A DNA stretch of 64,000 bases from an uncultured candidate division Zixibacteria bacterium (GCA_963713865.1 OY970208.1:1440001-1504000), one strand, 5' to 3'; positions 49,341-60,250 are shown, numbered from the stretch's first letter. The notes: generated from the sequence alone by a model not told the origin. Translations and numbers: made by a program.

Positions 49341-50369
49341 TTAATCTTTTCTTTTACCTTTAATTATTCCCTTTTCGGTGATTATGGCAGTTATCAGATT
49401 GACTGGAGTAATATCAAATGCCGGCGAGAAAGCTTTAACTTTCAGAGGTGCAATACTCTTGCCTTGGATATGTGTAACCTCTTCAGAAGACCTTTCCTCG
49501 ATTTTTATTTTATCCCCACATTCAAGTGAATGATCGAAGCTGGAGCTTGGTGCAGCCATATAGAAAGGAATTTTATGAAATTTGGCTAACACGGCTAAAT
49601 TGTATGTCCCGATCTTGTTAGCCGCATCTAAATTCTTTACAATCCTATCAGCTCCAGTGATTATACAATCGATCATCTTCTTTTGCATTAAAAAAGCTGC
49701 CATATCGTCGCAGATCAAAGTAGTATCAATTCCCTGCTGTAGAAGTTCCCAGGTAGTTAATCTTGCTCCCTGCAGGATCGGACGGGTTTCATCCACATAG
49801 ACTTTTATCTTCTTGCCTTGTTTTTTAGCTATAAAGATCGGAGCCAGAGCGGTTCCGATTCCGCCTGTGGCTAAGGCACCAGCATTGCAGTGAGTGAGCA
49901 CCCTGGACCCATTTTTTAATAGCTTTGCTCCGTTTTCTCCAATCTTTTGACACATAATTCTATCTTCTTGATGGATCAAAAAAGCCTCTTTTAGAAGCCT
50001 TCTGTTTTTACTTTTGCTATCGTAATCCTCAAATCTCAAAGCGATTTTTCTCATCCTCTCTAAAGCCCAGGAGAGGTTAACGGCAGTTGGTCGGGTGGAT
50101 TTTAAAATTGAGATAACCCGATCCAATCTTTTATTGTAATCATTTTTGTCTTTGTATTTTCTGTTCATCATTCCCAAAACTGCCCCATAAGCTGCGACTA
50201 TCCCGATAGCTGGTGCACCGCGAATCTTAAGGTCTTTAATCGCTTTTGCCACCTCTTTATAGTCTTTATATTCTAAATATGAAACCTTCAAAGGAAGTTT
50301 TGTCTGATCTAATATCCTGATTCTGTTTTTTACCCAATCCATAGTTTTGAATTTTAATTTAATATCCAC
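49341..50369 (-). CDS. mtnA: S-methyl-5-thioribose-1-phosphate isomerase
   Basis: ILDQTKLP, IRGAPAIG, RPTAVNL, THCNAGALAT, DETRP.LQGARLT, NKIGTY; GTG 50369 after AAGGAG. Confidence 0.95.
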   Translation of the reverse strand: MDIKLKFKTMDWVKNRIRILDQTKLPLKVSYLEYKDYKEVAKAIKDLKIRGAPAIGIVAAYGAVLGMMNRKYKDKNDYNKRLDRVISILKSTRPTAVNLSWALERMRKIALRFEDYDSKSKNRRLLKEAFLIHQEDRIMCQKIGENGAKLLKNGSRVLTHCNAGALATGGIGTALAPIFIAKKQGKKIKVYVDETRPILQGARLTTWELLQQGIDTTLICDDMAAFLMQKKMIDCIITGADRIVKNLDAANKIGTYNLAVLAKFHKIPFYMAAPSSSFDHSLECGDKIKIEERSSEEVTHIQGKSIAPLKVKAFSPAFDITPVNLITAIITEKGIIKGKRKD

Positions 50370-50435
50370 TTTTTCTCCTTGAAAGGGATAGTGTTCAATT
50401 TGGATTAAATTTATCAATCACTATCTTGCTGCATC

Positions 50436-50550
50436 TGTCATTGCGAGTGACTAAAAGGAGCGAAGCCCCGCCGTTTTTGGCGGGGTTTCGTAGTTCCACC
50501 TAAGGCGAGACTCCTCGCAATGACAGAGACGCATGGCAATACGTCTCTAC
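50436..50550. repeat. TGTCATTGCGAG...CTCGCAATGACA palindromic element with nested mini-palindromes, plus a REP
   Basis: Terminal inverted repeats 50436-50525 enclosing CCCCGCCGTTTTTGGCGGGG (50466-50485); AGAGACGCATGGCAATACGTCTCTAC ends at 50550. Confidence 0.75.
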
Positions 50551-50555
50551 ACACT

Positions 50556-50975
50556 TTACATTCCAATTATCTGCACGATTATTTCCCTGTTCCTGGGTCG
50601 TTCGTCAAAATCCACCAATACAATCTGCTGCCAGGTGCCCAAGATCAAATCTCCCTTGGTAAAGGGAAAAGTCTTAGATGCACCCAGAAGAGCTGCGCGT
50701 ATATGTGCATGGCCGTTATAATCGCCCCAGGTTAGATGATGAGCATATTCGATATCCTGAGAGGCGATCCTGTCAAAAGCTAAAGGTAAATCCTTCAACA
50801 AGCCTGGCTCATATTCGAGTGTGGTAATACCAGCAGTTGAACCCGGAACAAAAACTGTTGCCTGACCTTCGCTCAATCCGGAATCATTGATTATCCTCTG
50901 TACCTCAGAAGTGATGTCCAATATATCAGTGTTTCCTCTGGTTTTTATTTTGAAGGACTTGGTGATTATGTTCAT
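50556..50975 (-). CDS. yjbQ: YjbQ / UPF0047 family protein
   Basis: GSTAGIT..E.EPGL..D, NGHAHIRA, LGTWQQIVLVDFD. Confidence 0.92.
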   Translation of the reverse strand: MNIITKSFKIKTRGNTDILDITSEVQRIINDSGLSEGQATVFVPGSTAGITTLEYEPGLLKDLPLAFDRIASQDIEYAHHLTWGDYNGHAHIRAALLGASKTFPFTKGDLILGTWQQIVLVDFDERPRNREIIVQIIGM

Positions 50976-50989
50976 AAAATGTTAGATTT

Positions 50990-51148
50990 GCAGGGGCGGG
51001 GCTTGTCCCCGCCCCTGTCAGATTTCGTTGATGTGGACACCAACGAAAGAGTAATTCAAATTTTTGCCGTCGGGTCACAGGGGACCCGACGGGTACCTAA
51101 ATAAAATGCAAGGGCACGTTGTCCCGTCAACTACGGGATGCCTCTAAC
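50990..51148. repeat. Cluster of four REP-like hairpins
   Basis: GCAGGGGCGGGGCTTGTCCCCGCCCCT; TTCGTTGATGTGGACACCAACGAA; CCGTCGGGTCACAGGGGACCCGACGG; AGGGCACGTTG[TCCCGTCAACTACGGGA]TGCCTCTA. Confidence 0.75.
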
Positions 51149-51151
51149 CAA

Positions 51152-52465
51152 TTATATCTGATAAACTATCTTCCCGTCCACAATTGTAAAACAAGCTTTC
51201 CCTTTTAATTTTTTTCCGCTAAAAGGTGAGTTTTTCGATTTGGATTTGAATTCCTTTGGTTCTACGACCCAGCTTACCTCTGGATCTATTACGGTCAAGT
51301 CAGCAGGCATACCTGCTTTAATCTGGCCGGCATTTAATCTTAAAATCTTTGCAGGATTTAGTGTTAACATAGTAATAGCCTCAGTCCAGGATATAACCTT
51401 TTTCTCAATCAACTCTGTGATTATTAATCCTAAAGCGGTTTCTAAACCCACCAGACCAAAAGGAGCGGCATCGAACTCTACGTCTTTTTCCTCAATTGAA
51501 TGGGGTGCATGGTCTGTAGCGATGCAATCGATTGTCCCATCTTTCAGTCCTTTTTTCAAAGCCTCAATATCTTTCCTGGTTCTTAAAGGTGGATTTACTT
51601 TCGCATTGGTATCAAAGGTCTTTATTACTTCATCTGTCAGTGAGAAATGATGAGGAGTTACCTCGCAGGTGATTTTAATCCCCCTTTTTTTTGCTTCACG
51701 TATTAGATTTACTGAGCCTTCAGTTGAGACATGAGCAATGTGCACTTTTGCTTTAGTAAATTCCGTTAATTTAATGTCTCTGGCAATCATTACCTCTTCT
51801 GCTGCTGAGGGGATACCTCTTAACCCTAGAACAGTAGAGACAAAACCCTCGTTCATCACTCCATCTGAAGACAAAATTAAATCTTCACAGTGTGAAATGA
51901 TCGGGAGATCATACATCTTACTGTATTCTAAAGCAGATCTCATTATAGCCGGATTATGAATCGGTTTACCATCATCTGAGATAGAAATAGCTCCAGCTTT
52001 GACTAAATCTGCAATCTCAGTCAGCTCTTTGCCTTTTAGACCTTTTGTTGCTCCTGCGACTGGATAAACTTTACACTTAGATTTCTTAGCTTTCTCGTAA
52101 ATAAATTTAACTGCTTCCTGGTTATCGATGGGTGGCTCGGTGTTAGGCATACAGCAGATGGAGGTAAATCCTCCTGCTACTGCGGCGGTAGAGCCGGTGA
52201 AGATGGTTTCCTCATCTTCCCTGCCCGGCTCTCTTAAATGAGTATGCATATCGATTAAACCCGGAGTTACTATTTTATCATAGGCATCGATAATCTCAGG
52301 TGAAAATCTGATCCTTTTTTTAGGGATTAGTTTCTTGGTCTCTATCTTAAGAATCTTTCCGTCACGTATGTAAATATCCCCAATCTTATCTGACCTGGAA
52401 GCCGGGTCGATAATCCTTCCGCCTGCCAAGATTATCTCAGCCTCAACCGATTTATTCTTGTTCAA
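51152..52465 (-). CDS. pyrC: Dihydroorotase (type I)
   Basis: PGLIDMHTHLREPG, MPNT, EVTPHH, KVNPPLR, IATDHAPH, SKNSPF; TTG 52465 overlaps the end of pyrB. Confidence 0.96.
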   Translation of the reverse strand: MNKNKSVEAEIILAGGRIIDPASRSDKIGDIYIRDGKILKIETKKLIPKKRIRFSPEIIDAYDKIVTPGLIDMHTHLREPGREDEETIFTGSTAAVAGGFTSICCMPNTEPPIDNQEAVKFIYEKAKKSKCKVYPVAGATKGLKGKELTEIADLVKAGAISISDDGKPIHNPAIMRSALEYSKMYDLPIISHCEDLILSSDGVMNEGFVSTVLGLRGIPSAAEEVMIARDIKLTEFTKAKVHIAHVSTEGSVNLIREAKKRGIKITCEVTPHHFSLTDEVIKTFDTNAKVNPPLRTRKDIEALKKGLKDGTIDCIATDHAPHSIEEKDVEFDAAPFGLVGLETALGLIITELIEKKVISWTEAITMLTLNPAKILRLNAGQIKAGMPADLTVIDPEVSWVVEPKEFKSKSKNSPFSGKKLKGKACFTIVDGKIVYQI

Positions 52466-53390
52466 CCTTTGCTTCTCCTCCACTTAAAAGGTACAGAACT
52501 GCCATCCGGATTGCAACCCCATTGGTCACCTGGTTTAATATCACTGAATAGGGACCATCTGCAACCTCCGGAGTTATCTCTATTCCTCGATTTATGGGTC
52601 CAGGATGCATTATGGTAAAATTCGGATTTAACTTTTTAAGCCGTTCTGCGTTTATCCCGAATTCATTTGAATATTCCCTTAATGAAGGCAAGAGTCCACC
52701 TTTTTGTCTTTCTAACTGGATTCGCAAGACATTGACTACGTCCGCTCCCTCTAAAGCCTGGTCTAAATTCGAGTAAACAGCTACACCCATCTTTTCAATC
52801 TCATAGGGCATAAGGGTAGTTGGTCCGCATACAGCGACAGAGGCTCCCATTGTTTTCAAGCCCCAGATGTTTGATCTGGCAACCCGGCTATGTTTTATAT
52901 CTCCAACTATCACCACCCTCAGACCTTCGAGCTTCTTATATTTCTCCCGTAAGGTAAATAAATCTAAAAGTCCCTGAGTTGGATGTTCATGTGCACCGTC
53001 GCCGGCATTGATTATGGACGAAGTTAAGCATTGAGTTAAAAAGTAGGGAGTCCCTGATGACTGGTGTCTTATTACCACTATATCGATCTTCATCGCCTCA
53101 ATATTTTTGACTGTATCTTTAAGGGTTTCACCTTTTTTAACACTGGAAGTAGAGGTAGAGAAGTTCACCAGATCAGCGGATAATCTTTTTTCTGCCAGTT
53201 CAAATGAGATTCTGGTTCGGGTAGAAGGCTCATAGAAAAGATTAAGTACGGTTGCTCCACGCAGAGTGGGCACTTTTTTGATGGGTCTTTCCAGGATTTC
53301 TTTAAAGGTTTCAGCAGTATCTAAGATCAGGTCTATCTCCTCTTTTAAAAGACCTTCTAAACCTAAAAGATGCCTGCTTCTTAGTGTCAT
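52452..53390 (-). CDS. pyrB: Aspartate carbamoyltransferase catalytic subunit
   Basis: FYEPSTRTR, HEHPTQ, MHPGP, QVTNG. Confidence 0.97.
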   Translation of the reverse strand: MTLRSRHLLGLEGLLKEEIDLILDTAETFKEILERPIKKVPTLRGATVLNLFYEPSTRTRISFELAEKRLSADLVNFSTSTSSVKKGETLKDTVKNIEAMKIDIVVIRHQSSGTPYFLTQCLTSSIINAGDGAHEHPTQGLLDLFTLREKYKKLEGLRVVIVGDIKHSRVARSNIWGLKTMGASVAVCGPTTLMPYEIEKMGVAVYSNLDQALEGADVVNVLRIQLERQKGGLLPSLREYSNEFGINAERLKKLNPNFTIMHPGPINRGIEITPEVADGPYSVILNQVTNGVAIRMAVLYLLSGGEAKVEQE

Positions 53391-53497
53391 CTATTCCTCG
53401 TTATGTTAAAGTATTGGTTTATGATACATTCATAAGACATCATCTACCAATTGGTTACTATTCAATAAATCGATAATTTCTTGAGTCAACAAAAAAA

Positions 53498-54130
<633 letters not shown>

Positions 54131-54155
54131 TTATAAATTTCATCACTTTTATTTT

Positions 54156-54190
54156 CCCTTTACTAATCTCGCTGGATTAGTTTAAAAGGC
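54156..54190 (-). promoter_or_regulatory. PyrR-binding RNA element
   Basis: CCTTTTAAA-CTAATCCAGCGAGATTAG-TAAAGG fits the ARUCCnGnGAG consensus; TTGACA at 54225-54220 upstream. Confidence 0.85.
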
Positions 54191-54276
54191 TGAATGAAAT
54201 AATATAAACCCAGATACATTGTCAAGTGTTTTTTTGAAGTTTATGAAAAAATAAATAACCAATAGCCACTGAAGGA

Positions 54277-54304
54277 GTAGAGGCACGACATGTCGTGCCC
54301 CTAC
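54277..54304. repeat. GTAG REP palindrome
   Basis: GTAGAGGCACGACATGTCGTGCCCCTAC. Confidence 0.8.
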
Positions 54305-54561
54305 CAATCTATACTTTATGCAACTGGATGCATTTAACTTATCTCTGCTTGCATAACAAAGCTCGCTGTTTAAAAATTTCGCATTTTGCAATTGAACTTC
54401 TTTTAAAATTATCCTTGACAATCCTTTTATCTTGATATAATGTCGAGACTTGTGAAAAGTGTTTTTTGAGTAAAAGTATAAGGTTAATTATTGCACACTG
54501 TTGTTTCAAAGGCAGAATATTTGCTTTAAGAAGATTGGATTCATAATCTTGAGGGGAGAGA

Positions 54562-57540
54562 ATGAAAAAGCCCGGAACAATTTCAGTCCTTACAATCCTT
54601 CTAATCTTCAACTCTGCTTATTCTATCTCCGGAGAACTTAACCAGGATTTAAAGGAGAGGCTAAATTCTTTAAAGGAAGATGAATATATTTCCTGCTTGG
54701 TGATGTTCAAAGATCAAATTAAGCCAAAAGATTTAGAGCTTAATCGTCTCTTAAAGACTCTACCAGAAAAACATTCGAGTATAATCTATAAGCTTAGAGA
54801 TAAAAAAGAAAAAGCTCAAAGTGATATTCTGAAATATTTAGAGGAACAGAAAAGTAGCGGTTCAGTTAAAAGTTATAGAAGTTTCTGGATCGTTAACGGA
54901 CTTCTGGTAACCGCTACTAAAGAGGAGATAGAGAAAATCGCTTTACGTCCAGAGGTGGAGATGGTTTCTCCAAACTATCCTGTTTCCCTTATCGCACCGG
55001 TATCTGAACAGGTAAACTCTTCTAAAGCTGGTGTAATCGATTATTTTCAGGCTATAGGCGTCAGGGAGCTATGGAAGATGGGTTATACCGGCAAAGGCAG
55101 GTTAGTTTGTGGGTTTGATACGGGTGTGGAAGGGTCTCATCCAGCGCTTTTTTCCAACTGGAAAGGAGGTTTACAAGGAGGAGATGGTAGTGAGTGGTAT
55201 GATCCTTATGGTTCAAGTTTTCCTGTGGATGCCAATGGACACGGAACTCATACTATGGGGATAATGGTGGGTAAAACTACTGCTGAGACTTTAGGTGTAG
55301 CTTTTGGAGCACGCTGGATTGCAGCCGGAGTTATTGACCGGGGCAGAAATTTTGAAGAGACAATAGCTGATATATTACAGGCTTTTGAATGGGCAACTGA
55401 TCCAGATGGAAATCCTGCAACCATGGATGACGTTCCGGATGTGATTAATAATTCCTGGGGAATACCTTTAGCAGCAAAACCGCCTTGTGATCAGACCTTC
55501 TGGTCTGCAATCGATAATGTTGAGGCGGCCGGGATAGTAGTTGTTTTTGCTGCAGGGAATGAAGGTCCTTCTAATAGCTCCATAAGAACTCCGGCGGATA
55601 GAACCACTTCTCCTACAAATAGCTTTTCAGTTGGGGCAGTGGATGCTCAGGTTTATGGTTTTCCGATTGCATCATTCAGCAGTCGGGGTCCCTCAGGCTG
55701 TGATAATATAACCATTAAACCAGAGATCTGCGCACCAGGAGTTAGTATCCGCTCAAGCTATCTAAATGGAACCTATAAAGCCTTAAGCGGAACCTCAACT
55801 GCGGCTCCTTTCGTTTCCGGAGCAGTTGCTCTTTTAAGGGAATTTAATCCTGAAGCAACAGTTGAGGAGATAAAAAATGCGCTCCTTCTTTCAAGCACAG
55901 ACTTAGGTTCTATAGGTGAGGATAATGACTATGGCTGGGGATTGCTCGATCTTAAGAAAGCATTAGACTTTTTACCTCCACCACCTTTTCCCAAGGTATG
56001 GCTTGATAGTGTTTATATGGAAAAAGATACTTTAGTCTATCCGGATGGACGAAAAAGAGCAAAAATCTATCTGGTTTTAAAAAATTATGGGGGAAGGGTT
56101 GATTCACTTAGTCTTGTTCTAAAGACTATGGATTCTTCAGTGACTGTTATTGAAGATAGCTTGTATCTCGATTCAATAGGTTCTAAGATGATAGAAGTTA
56201 ATGTGAATTCACCCCTGGTCGTATCCTATGGCAATGATCTTCCTTTGGATTATCCTGCAATTTTTTATCTTAAGCTGTATGACAGCTCCAGAAAATATGA
56301 GGACAGTCTTCAATTCTCAGTTATCCTTAATCCAGTTTCAAATCACAATTTGGGTGAACACGATATCGGTAATGTAACCTTTACGATTTCTAATTCAGGC
56401 AGATATGGATTAGGGGATGGTACGATCGCTCCTTCAGGAGGCAAGGGTTTCAGATTTCCAAAATCTGGAGAAGACAATCTTTTCGAAGGAGCTTTTTTAG
56501 TCGGGAAGTCAAAAGAGCAGGTAATGGATGCGGCAAGAGATGAAAGTGGTAAATCTTCAGAAAATGATTTTGTGCCCGAAGGATTGTTGACTATCTATAC
56601 ACCCGGTGAGTTGTCCGATCAAGACGGGATAGGGATTTTCTCAGATAGCGGAGCTGAAAATCGAATTGGAGTAGAGATCGTGCAGAAAAGTTTTGCTTTT
56701 GCTAATCCTCCGGATGATGATTATGTCATCCTGGAATTTAATTTAAAGAATGAAACCTCAGATACCCTACGGGGGATTTACCCAGGACTTTGCTTTGACT
56801 GGGATATTAATCTTTTTTCACCTAAAGACGACCTGGTTGGTCGCGATTCAATTTCAAACATCCCTATAGTTTATCAATATGATTCAACTTCATCGGTTTA
56901 TTTGACCATTTTCCCCTTGAACCATCCTCCAGCTTCCTATAAACTGATTAATAATCAGCTCTATCTTTATGATGGATTTACTGAAGAAGAGAAATATTTA
57001 TTCTTAAGTGGTGATACCCTGATAGCATCAGATACTGCTTCTATTCTTTGTGCAGGTGACTGGTCTATCATCTCTTCTTGCGGGCCATTTAATATCCCTC
57101 CGGAGGAAAGTATAATGGTTGGTTTCGCGGTAGTAGCTGGCAATAGCCTTTTAGATCTTAAGGAGAATATCAAATCTGCAAAGGTAAAATATTATGATCT
57201 GAGAACTGAGGTTGAATCACCAGAGGAGCACCTGGTTCCTACTGATTATAATTTAGGACAGAACTATCCGAATCCTTTTAACCCCGCCACCACCATTCCC
57301 TTCTGTTTAAAGGTTCAAGGTTCAACGTTCAAGGATCCCCTCCACACTACCCTAATTATTTACAATATCCTGGGTCAAAAGGTGAGGGCTCTGGTAGATG
57401 AAAATAAATTACCAGGTAGATATGTAGTTATCTGGGATGGAAAGGATGAAAAAGGGAAAGAGGTTTCCAGCGGGATCTATTTCTATCGATTGGAAACCAG
57501 TGGATTTAAAGAAACTAAGAAGATGATTTTATTAAGATAA
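54562..57540 (+). CDS. Secreted S8 peptidase (bacillopeptidase F-like) with prodomain and FlgD/T9SS-type CTD
   Basis: FDTG, HGTHTMG, NNSWG, FAAGN, SGTSTAAP; CTD LGQNYPNPFNP...WDGKD...SGIYFYRL...KMILLR. Confidence 0.92.
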   Translation: MKKPGTISVLTILLIFNSAYSISGELNQDLKERLNSLKEDEYISCLVMFKDQIKPKDLELNRLLKTLPEKHSSIIYKLRDKKEKAQSDILKYLEEQKSSGSVKSYRSFWIVNGLLVTATKEEIEKIALRPEVEMVSPNYPVSLIAPVSEQVNSSKAGVIDYFQAIGVRELWKMGYTGKGRLVCGFDTGVEGSHPALFSNWKGGLQGGDGSEWYDPYGSSFPVDANGHGTHTMGIMVGKTTAETLGVAFGARWIAAGVIDRGRNFEETIADILQAFEWATDPDGNPATMDDVPDVINNSWGIPLAAKPPCDQTFWSAIDNVEAAGIVVVFAAGNEGPSNSSIRTPADRTTSPTNSFSVGAVDAQVYGFPIASFSSRGPSGCDNITIKPEICAPGVSIRSSYLNGTYKALSGTSTAAPFVSGAVALLREFNPEATVEEIKNALLLSSTDLGSIGEDNDYGWGLLDLKKALDFLPPPPFPKVWLDSVYMEKDTLVYPDGRKRAKIYLVLKNYGGRVDSLSLVLKTMDSSVTVIEDSLYLDSIGSKMIEVNVNSPLVVSYGNDLPLDYPAIFYLKLYDSSRKYEDSLQFSVILNPVSNHNLGEHDIGNVTFTISNSGRYGLGDGTIAPSGGKGFRFPKSGEDNLFEGAFLVGKSKEQVMDAARDESGKSSENDFVPEGLLTIYTPGELSDQDGIGIFSDSGAENRIGVEIVQKSFAFANPPDDDYVILEFNLKNETSDTLRGIYPGLCFDWDINLFSPKDDLVGRDSISNIPIVYQYDSTSSVYLTIFPLNHPPASYKLINNQLYLYDGFTEEEKYLFLSGDTLIASDTASILCAGDWSIISSCGPFNIPPEESIMVGFAVVAGNSLLDLKENIKSAKVKYYDLRTEVESPEEHLVPTDYNLGQNYPNPFNPATTIPFCLKVQGSTFKDPLHTTLIIYNILGQKVRALVDENKLPGRYVVIWDGKDEKGKEVSSGIYFYRLETSGFKETKKMILLR

Positions 57541-57546
57541 TTTTTT

Positions 57547-57664
57547 GTAGCGGAAACCTTCAGGTTTCCATCTCTTTCAAGTAAAAATGGAAGGCTAAAG
57601 CCTTCCGCTACAGAAAACTTTAAGGGGATAAATAGGTATGGGCAGGTTTGAAACCTGCCCATAC
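57547..57664. repeat. REP pair plus perfect palindrome between convergent genes
   Basis: GTAGCGGAAACCTTCAGGTTTCC...GGAAGGCTAAAGCCTTCCGCTAC at 57547-57611; GTATGGGCAGGTT-TGA-AACCTGCCCATAC at 57636-57664. Confidence 0.85.
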
Positions 57665-57671
57665 ACTCTTT

Positions 57672-58157
57672 TTAAGTTCTAAAAAATACCTTCCAGTTTT
57701 TCTGACTCAATATTATTCTCAAAAGAGGATAGCCTAAAAAATAACATGCTATTATCTCTCCAGTGCCGACATAAGCAACTGTTAACCAGTAGGGTAGCTT
57801 GAAGAGAAAATGCAGGTAAAGGCTCACTCCAAAGGCATTCAAAAACACTGGTGGTAAGGGAGCAAGAATAGGTTTTCCTTTTTTAGATATAAGGAAAGTA
57901 AGAAAGCCTGCCAGCAAGGTTAGAAGACTTCCACCCATAATGTCATAAATACCCAAGCCTCCGAAAATATTAGCCAGTAAACAGCCCAGGAAAAGACCGG
58001 GGATAGCGGAGGGGGTTAAGTAAGGCAAAATCGTTAAAGCCTCAGAAACCCTGATCTGAACAGGTCCATAACTTATTGGTGCAAGAAGTACAGTTATTAT
58101 AGCATAAAGAGCCGCAATTATTCCGGCTTGAGCAATATATTTATTTGATAAAGACAT
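57672..58157 (-). CDS. queT: QueT family transporter
   Basis: IAALY..IT..LAPISYGPVQIRVSEAL, AIPGLFLGCLLAN. Confidence 0.88.
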   Translation of the reverse strand: MSLSNKYIAQAGIIAALYAIITVLLAPISYGPVQIRVSEALTILPYLTPSAIPGLFLGCLLANIFGGLGIYDIMGGSLLTLLAGFLTFLISKKGKPILAPLPPVFLNAFGVSLYLHFLFKLPYWLTVAYVGTGEIIACYFLGYPLLRIILSQKNWKVFFRT

Positions 58158-58229
58158 CAGAACCAGTCAGCGTTACAATTTTCTGACTAATAAAAAGTCT
58201 GAAAGAGACAATTGTCAACAAAAAAATCC

Positions 58230-58258
58230 TTGCCTTTAGCCCTAATTGGATTTATTAT
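58230..58258 (+). promoter_or_regulatory. sigma70 promoter of purD
   Basis: TTGCCT, 17 nt, TATTAT; GAGGTG RBS before ATG 58300. Confidence 0.55.
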
Positions 58259-58299
58259 AAATTCTTAAATAAAGGTTTGAGATTTCAGAAGAGGTGAAA

Positions 58300-59583
58300 A
58301 TGAAGATATTGATCGTTGGTGGGGGTGGTAGAGAACATGCCATTGCCTGGAAGCTTTCACAATCTCCTTTAGTTAATAAAATCTATGCGGCACCCGGAAA
58401 TGCCGGTATAGCTAATTTAGGAGATTGCGTGGAGATCTCGTCTGAGGATATCACGGGCTTGACGGATTTTGCACTGAGGAATACAATTGACCTGACGGTG
58501 GTGGGACCAGAACTACCTTTAACCCTGGGGATTGTGGATGAGTTCGAGAGAAGGAATCTAAAGATCTTTGGGCCAAAAAAAGAAGCCGCCTTAATTGAAG
58601 GGAGCAAAGGATTTGCCAAAGAGTTTATGAAGAAATATCATATCCCCACAGCCAGCTTCAAAATCTTTGAGCAAAAAGAGGAAGCAATAGATTTTGTCCG
58701 CTCCTCAGAATTTCCACTGGTGATCAAAACGGATGGGCTGGCAGCTGGAAAGGGTGCTTTTGTAGTTGAGGATTTGAAAAGCGCTGAAGAGGCAGTAGAG
58801 AAAGTAATGGGGGAGAAAATATTTGGTGAAGCGGGGAACAGAGCAGTAGTGGAGGATTTCCTGACAGGCGAAGAAGTAACTATCTTGGCTTTTACTGATG
58901 GCAAAACCATTCTTCCAATGGTTTCCTCTCAAGACCACAAAAGAATTTATGACGGGGATAGGGGTCCAAACACTGGAGGTATGGGAGCATATTCACCAAC
59001 TCTAATGGTAAATGATAAGATGATAAAAAAAATCACCGAGGAGATTTTAGAACCAACTATTTTTGGTCTAAATAGAGAAGGAAGGATTTACAAGGGAGTT
59101 TTATACGCTGGGTTGATGATAACTGAATTGGGTCCCAAAGTCATCGAGTTCAACTGTCGATTTGGTGACCCTGAGACCCAGGTGGTTCTTCCTATGTTGG
59201 AGAGTGACCTGGCTGCTATATTCCTTTCCATCGTGGAAGAAGAGCTTGACTTACAAGATGTAGAGTGGAAAGATGGCTCAGCCGTTTGTATTGTTTTAGC
59301 TTCCGGAGGTTACCCGGATAAATATGAAAAAGGGAAAGAGATCTTCGGATTGAATAAAGTAGGGAATTCAGATATTATGATTTTTCATGCCGGAACCAAA
59401 AAGGCTGGAGATAAGATAGTTACCAACGGGGGAAGAGTCTTAGGAGTAACAGCTTTTGACACAACCATGGAAGGGGCTTTGGGTAAAGCCTATTCAAGCA
59501 TAGATAAAATAAAATTTGCCGGGATGCATTATAGACACGATATCGGTTATCGAGCCACTAATGTCAGAAGAGAATACTTTTAA
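58300..59583 (+). CDS. purD: Phosphoribosylamine-glycine ligase
   Basis: GGGGREHA, GLAAGKG, QDHKR, GPNTGGMG, EFNCRFGDPETQ. Confidence 0.97.
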   Translation: MKILIVGGGGREHAIAWKLSQSPLVNKIYAAPGNAGIANLGDCVEISSEDITGLTDFALRNTIDLTVVGPELPLTLGIVDEFERRNLKIFGPKKEAALIEGSKGFAKEFMKKYHIPTASFKIFEQKEEAIDFVRSSEFPLVIKTDGLAAGKGAFVVEDLKSAEEAVEKVMGEKIFGEAGNRAVVEDFLTGEEVTILAFTDGKTILPMVSSQDHKRIYDGDRGPNTGGMGAYSPTLMVNDKMIKKITEEILEPTIFGLNREGRIYKGVLYAGLMITELGPKVIEFNCRFGDPETQVVLPMLESDLAAIFLSIVEEELDLQDVEWKDGSAVCIVLASGGYPDKYEKGKEIFGLNKVGNSDIMIFHAGTKKAGDKIVTNGGRVLGVTAFDTTMEGALGKAYSSIDKIKFAGMHYRHDIGYRATNVRREYF

Positions 59584-59754
59584 AAAAGGTTCAAAGGCTC
59601 AAAAGTTTAATCGTTAAAACATTAAAATACAATGATAGATGACAAATTAAAGATAAAAAATATTGCAACGAAAAACTATTCCGTTATAATAAGATTGAGA
59701 TTGCAGGGATAGAACATTGTTCTGTTCAATTTATTTTGTAAATAAGGAAACATA

Positions 59755-60222
59755 ATGAAGAAAAATAAAGTATTGATCGTTATGGGAAGTGATTCGGATA
59801 GGGAGGTGATGAACAAGACTGCAGAAGCTCTAACTGATTTTGGGATCGGGTTTGAAATGGTCATTTCCTCTGCTCATCGTAATCCGGAAAAGACCAGGAA
59901 ATTAGCAAAAGAGGCGGAGAGAAAAGGGTTTAAAGTGATCATCGCTGGTGCCGGAATGGCGGCTCATCTGCCGGGAGTTATGGCGGCTTATTCAAAACTT
60001 CCGGTTATCGGCATACCTCTACTTTCAGCTCCTTTTAAAGGTCTGGATTCGTTTTTTTCTATCCTGCAAATGCCTTCAGGTGTTCCAGTTGCTACTATGT
60101 CCGTAGGAATCCCTGGGGCGAAAAATGCGGCGATTTTTGCAGCGGAAATTTTGGCGTTGTCGGATGAAAAATTAAAGAAGAGGCTTAAAGGTTTAAAGGT
60201 TCAAAAGTTCAAGGGAAAATGA
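59755..60222 (+). CDS. purE: N5-CAIR mutase
   Basis: MGSDSD, SAHR, AGMAAHLPG, QMPSGVPVAT. Confidence 0.96.
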   Translation: MKKNKVLIVMGSDSDREVMNKTAEALTDFGIGFEMVISSAHRNPEKTRKLAKEAERKGFKVIIAGAGMAAHLPGVMAAYSKLPVIGIPLLSAPFKGLDSFFSILQMPSGVPVATMSVGIPGAKNAAIFAAEILALSDEKLKKRLKGLKVQKFKGK

Positions 60223-60224
60223 AT

Positions 60225-60250
60225 GTAGGGACAGAACATTGTTCTGTCCT
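60225..60250. repeat. GTAG REP, ACAGAACA-T-TGTTCTGT family (also 59703-59727 and 63413-63435)
   Basis: GTAGGGACAGAACATTGTTCTGTCCT; three copies in the window. Confidence 0.8.

Noticed and set aside
54182-54611. Short ORFs in the pyrR/peptidase divergent region, and other antisense ORFs in the track
   Set aside because: They overlap promoters, REPs or strong genes on the opposite strand and show no protein motifs.
58158-58200. preQ1 riboswitch upstream of queT
   Set aside because: The leader has only an AGTCAG/CTGACT hairpin and lacks the preQ1 consensus and A-rich tail.
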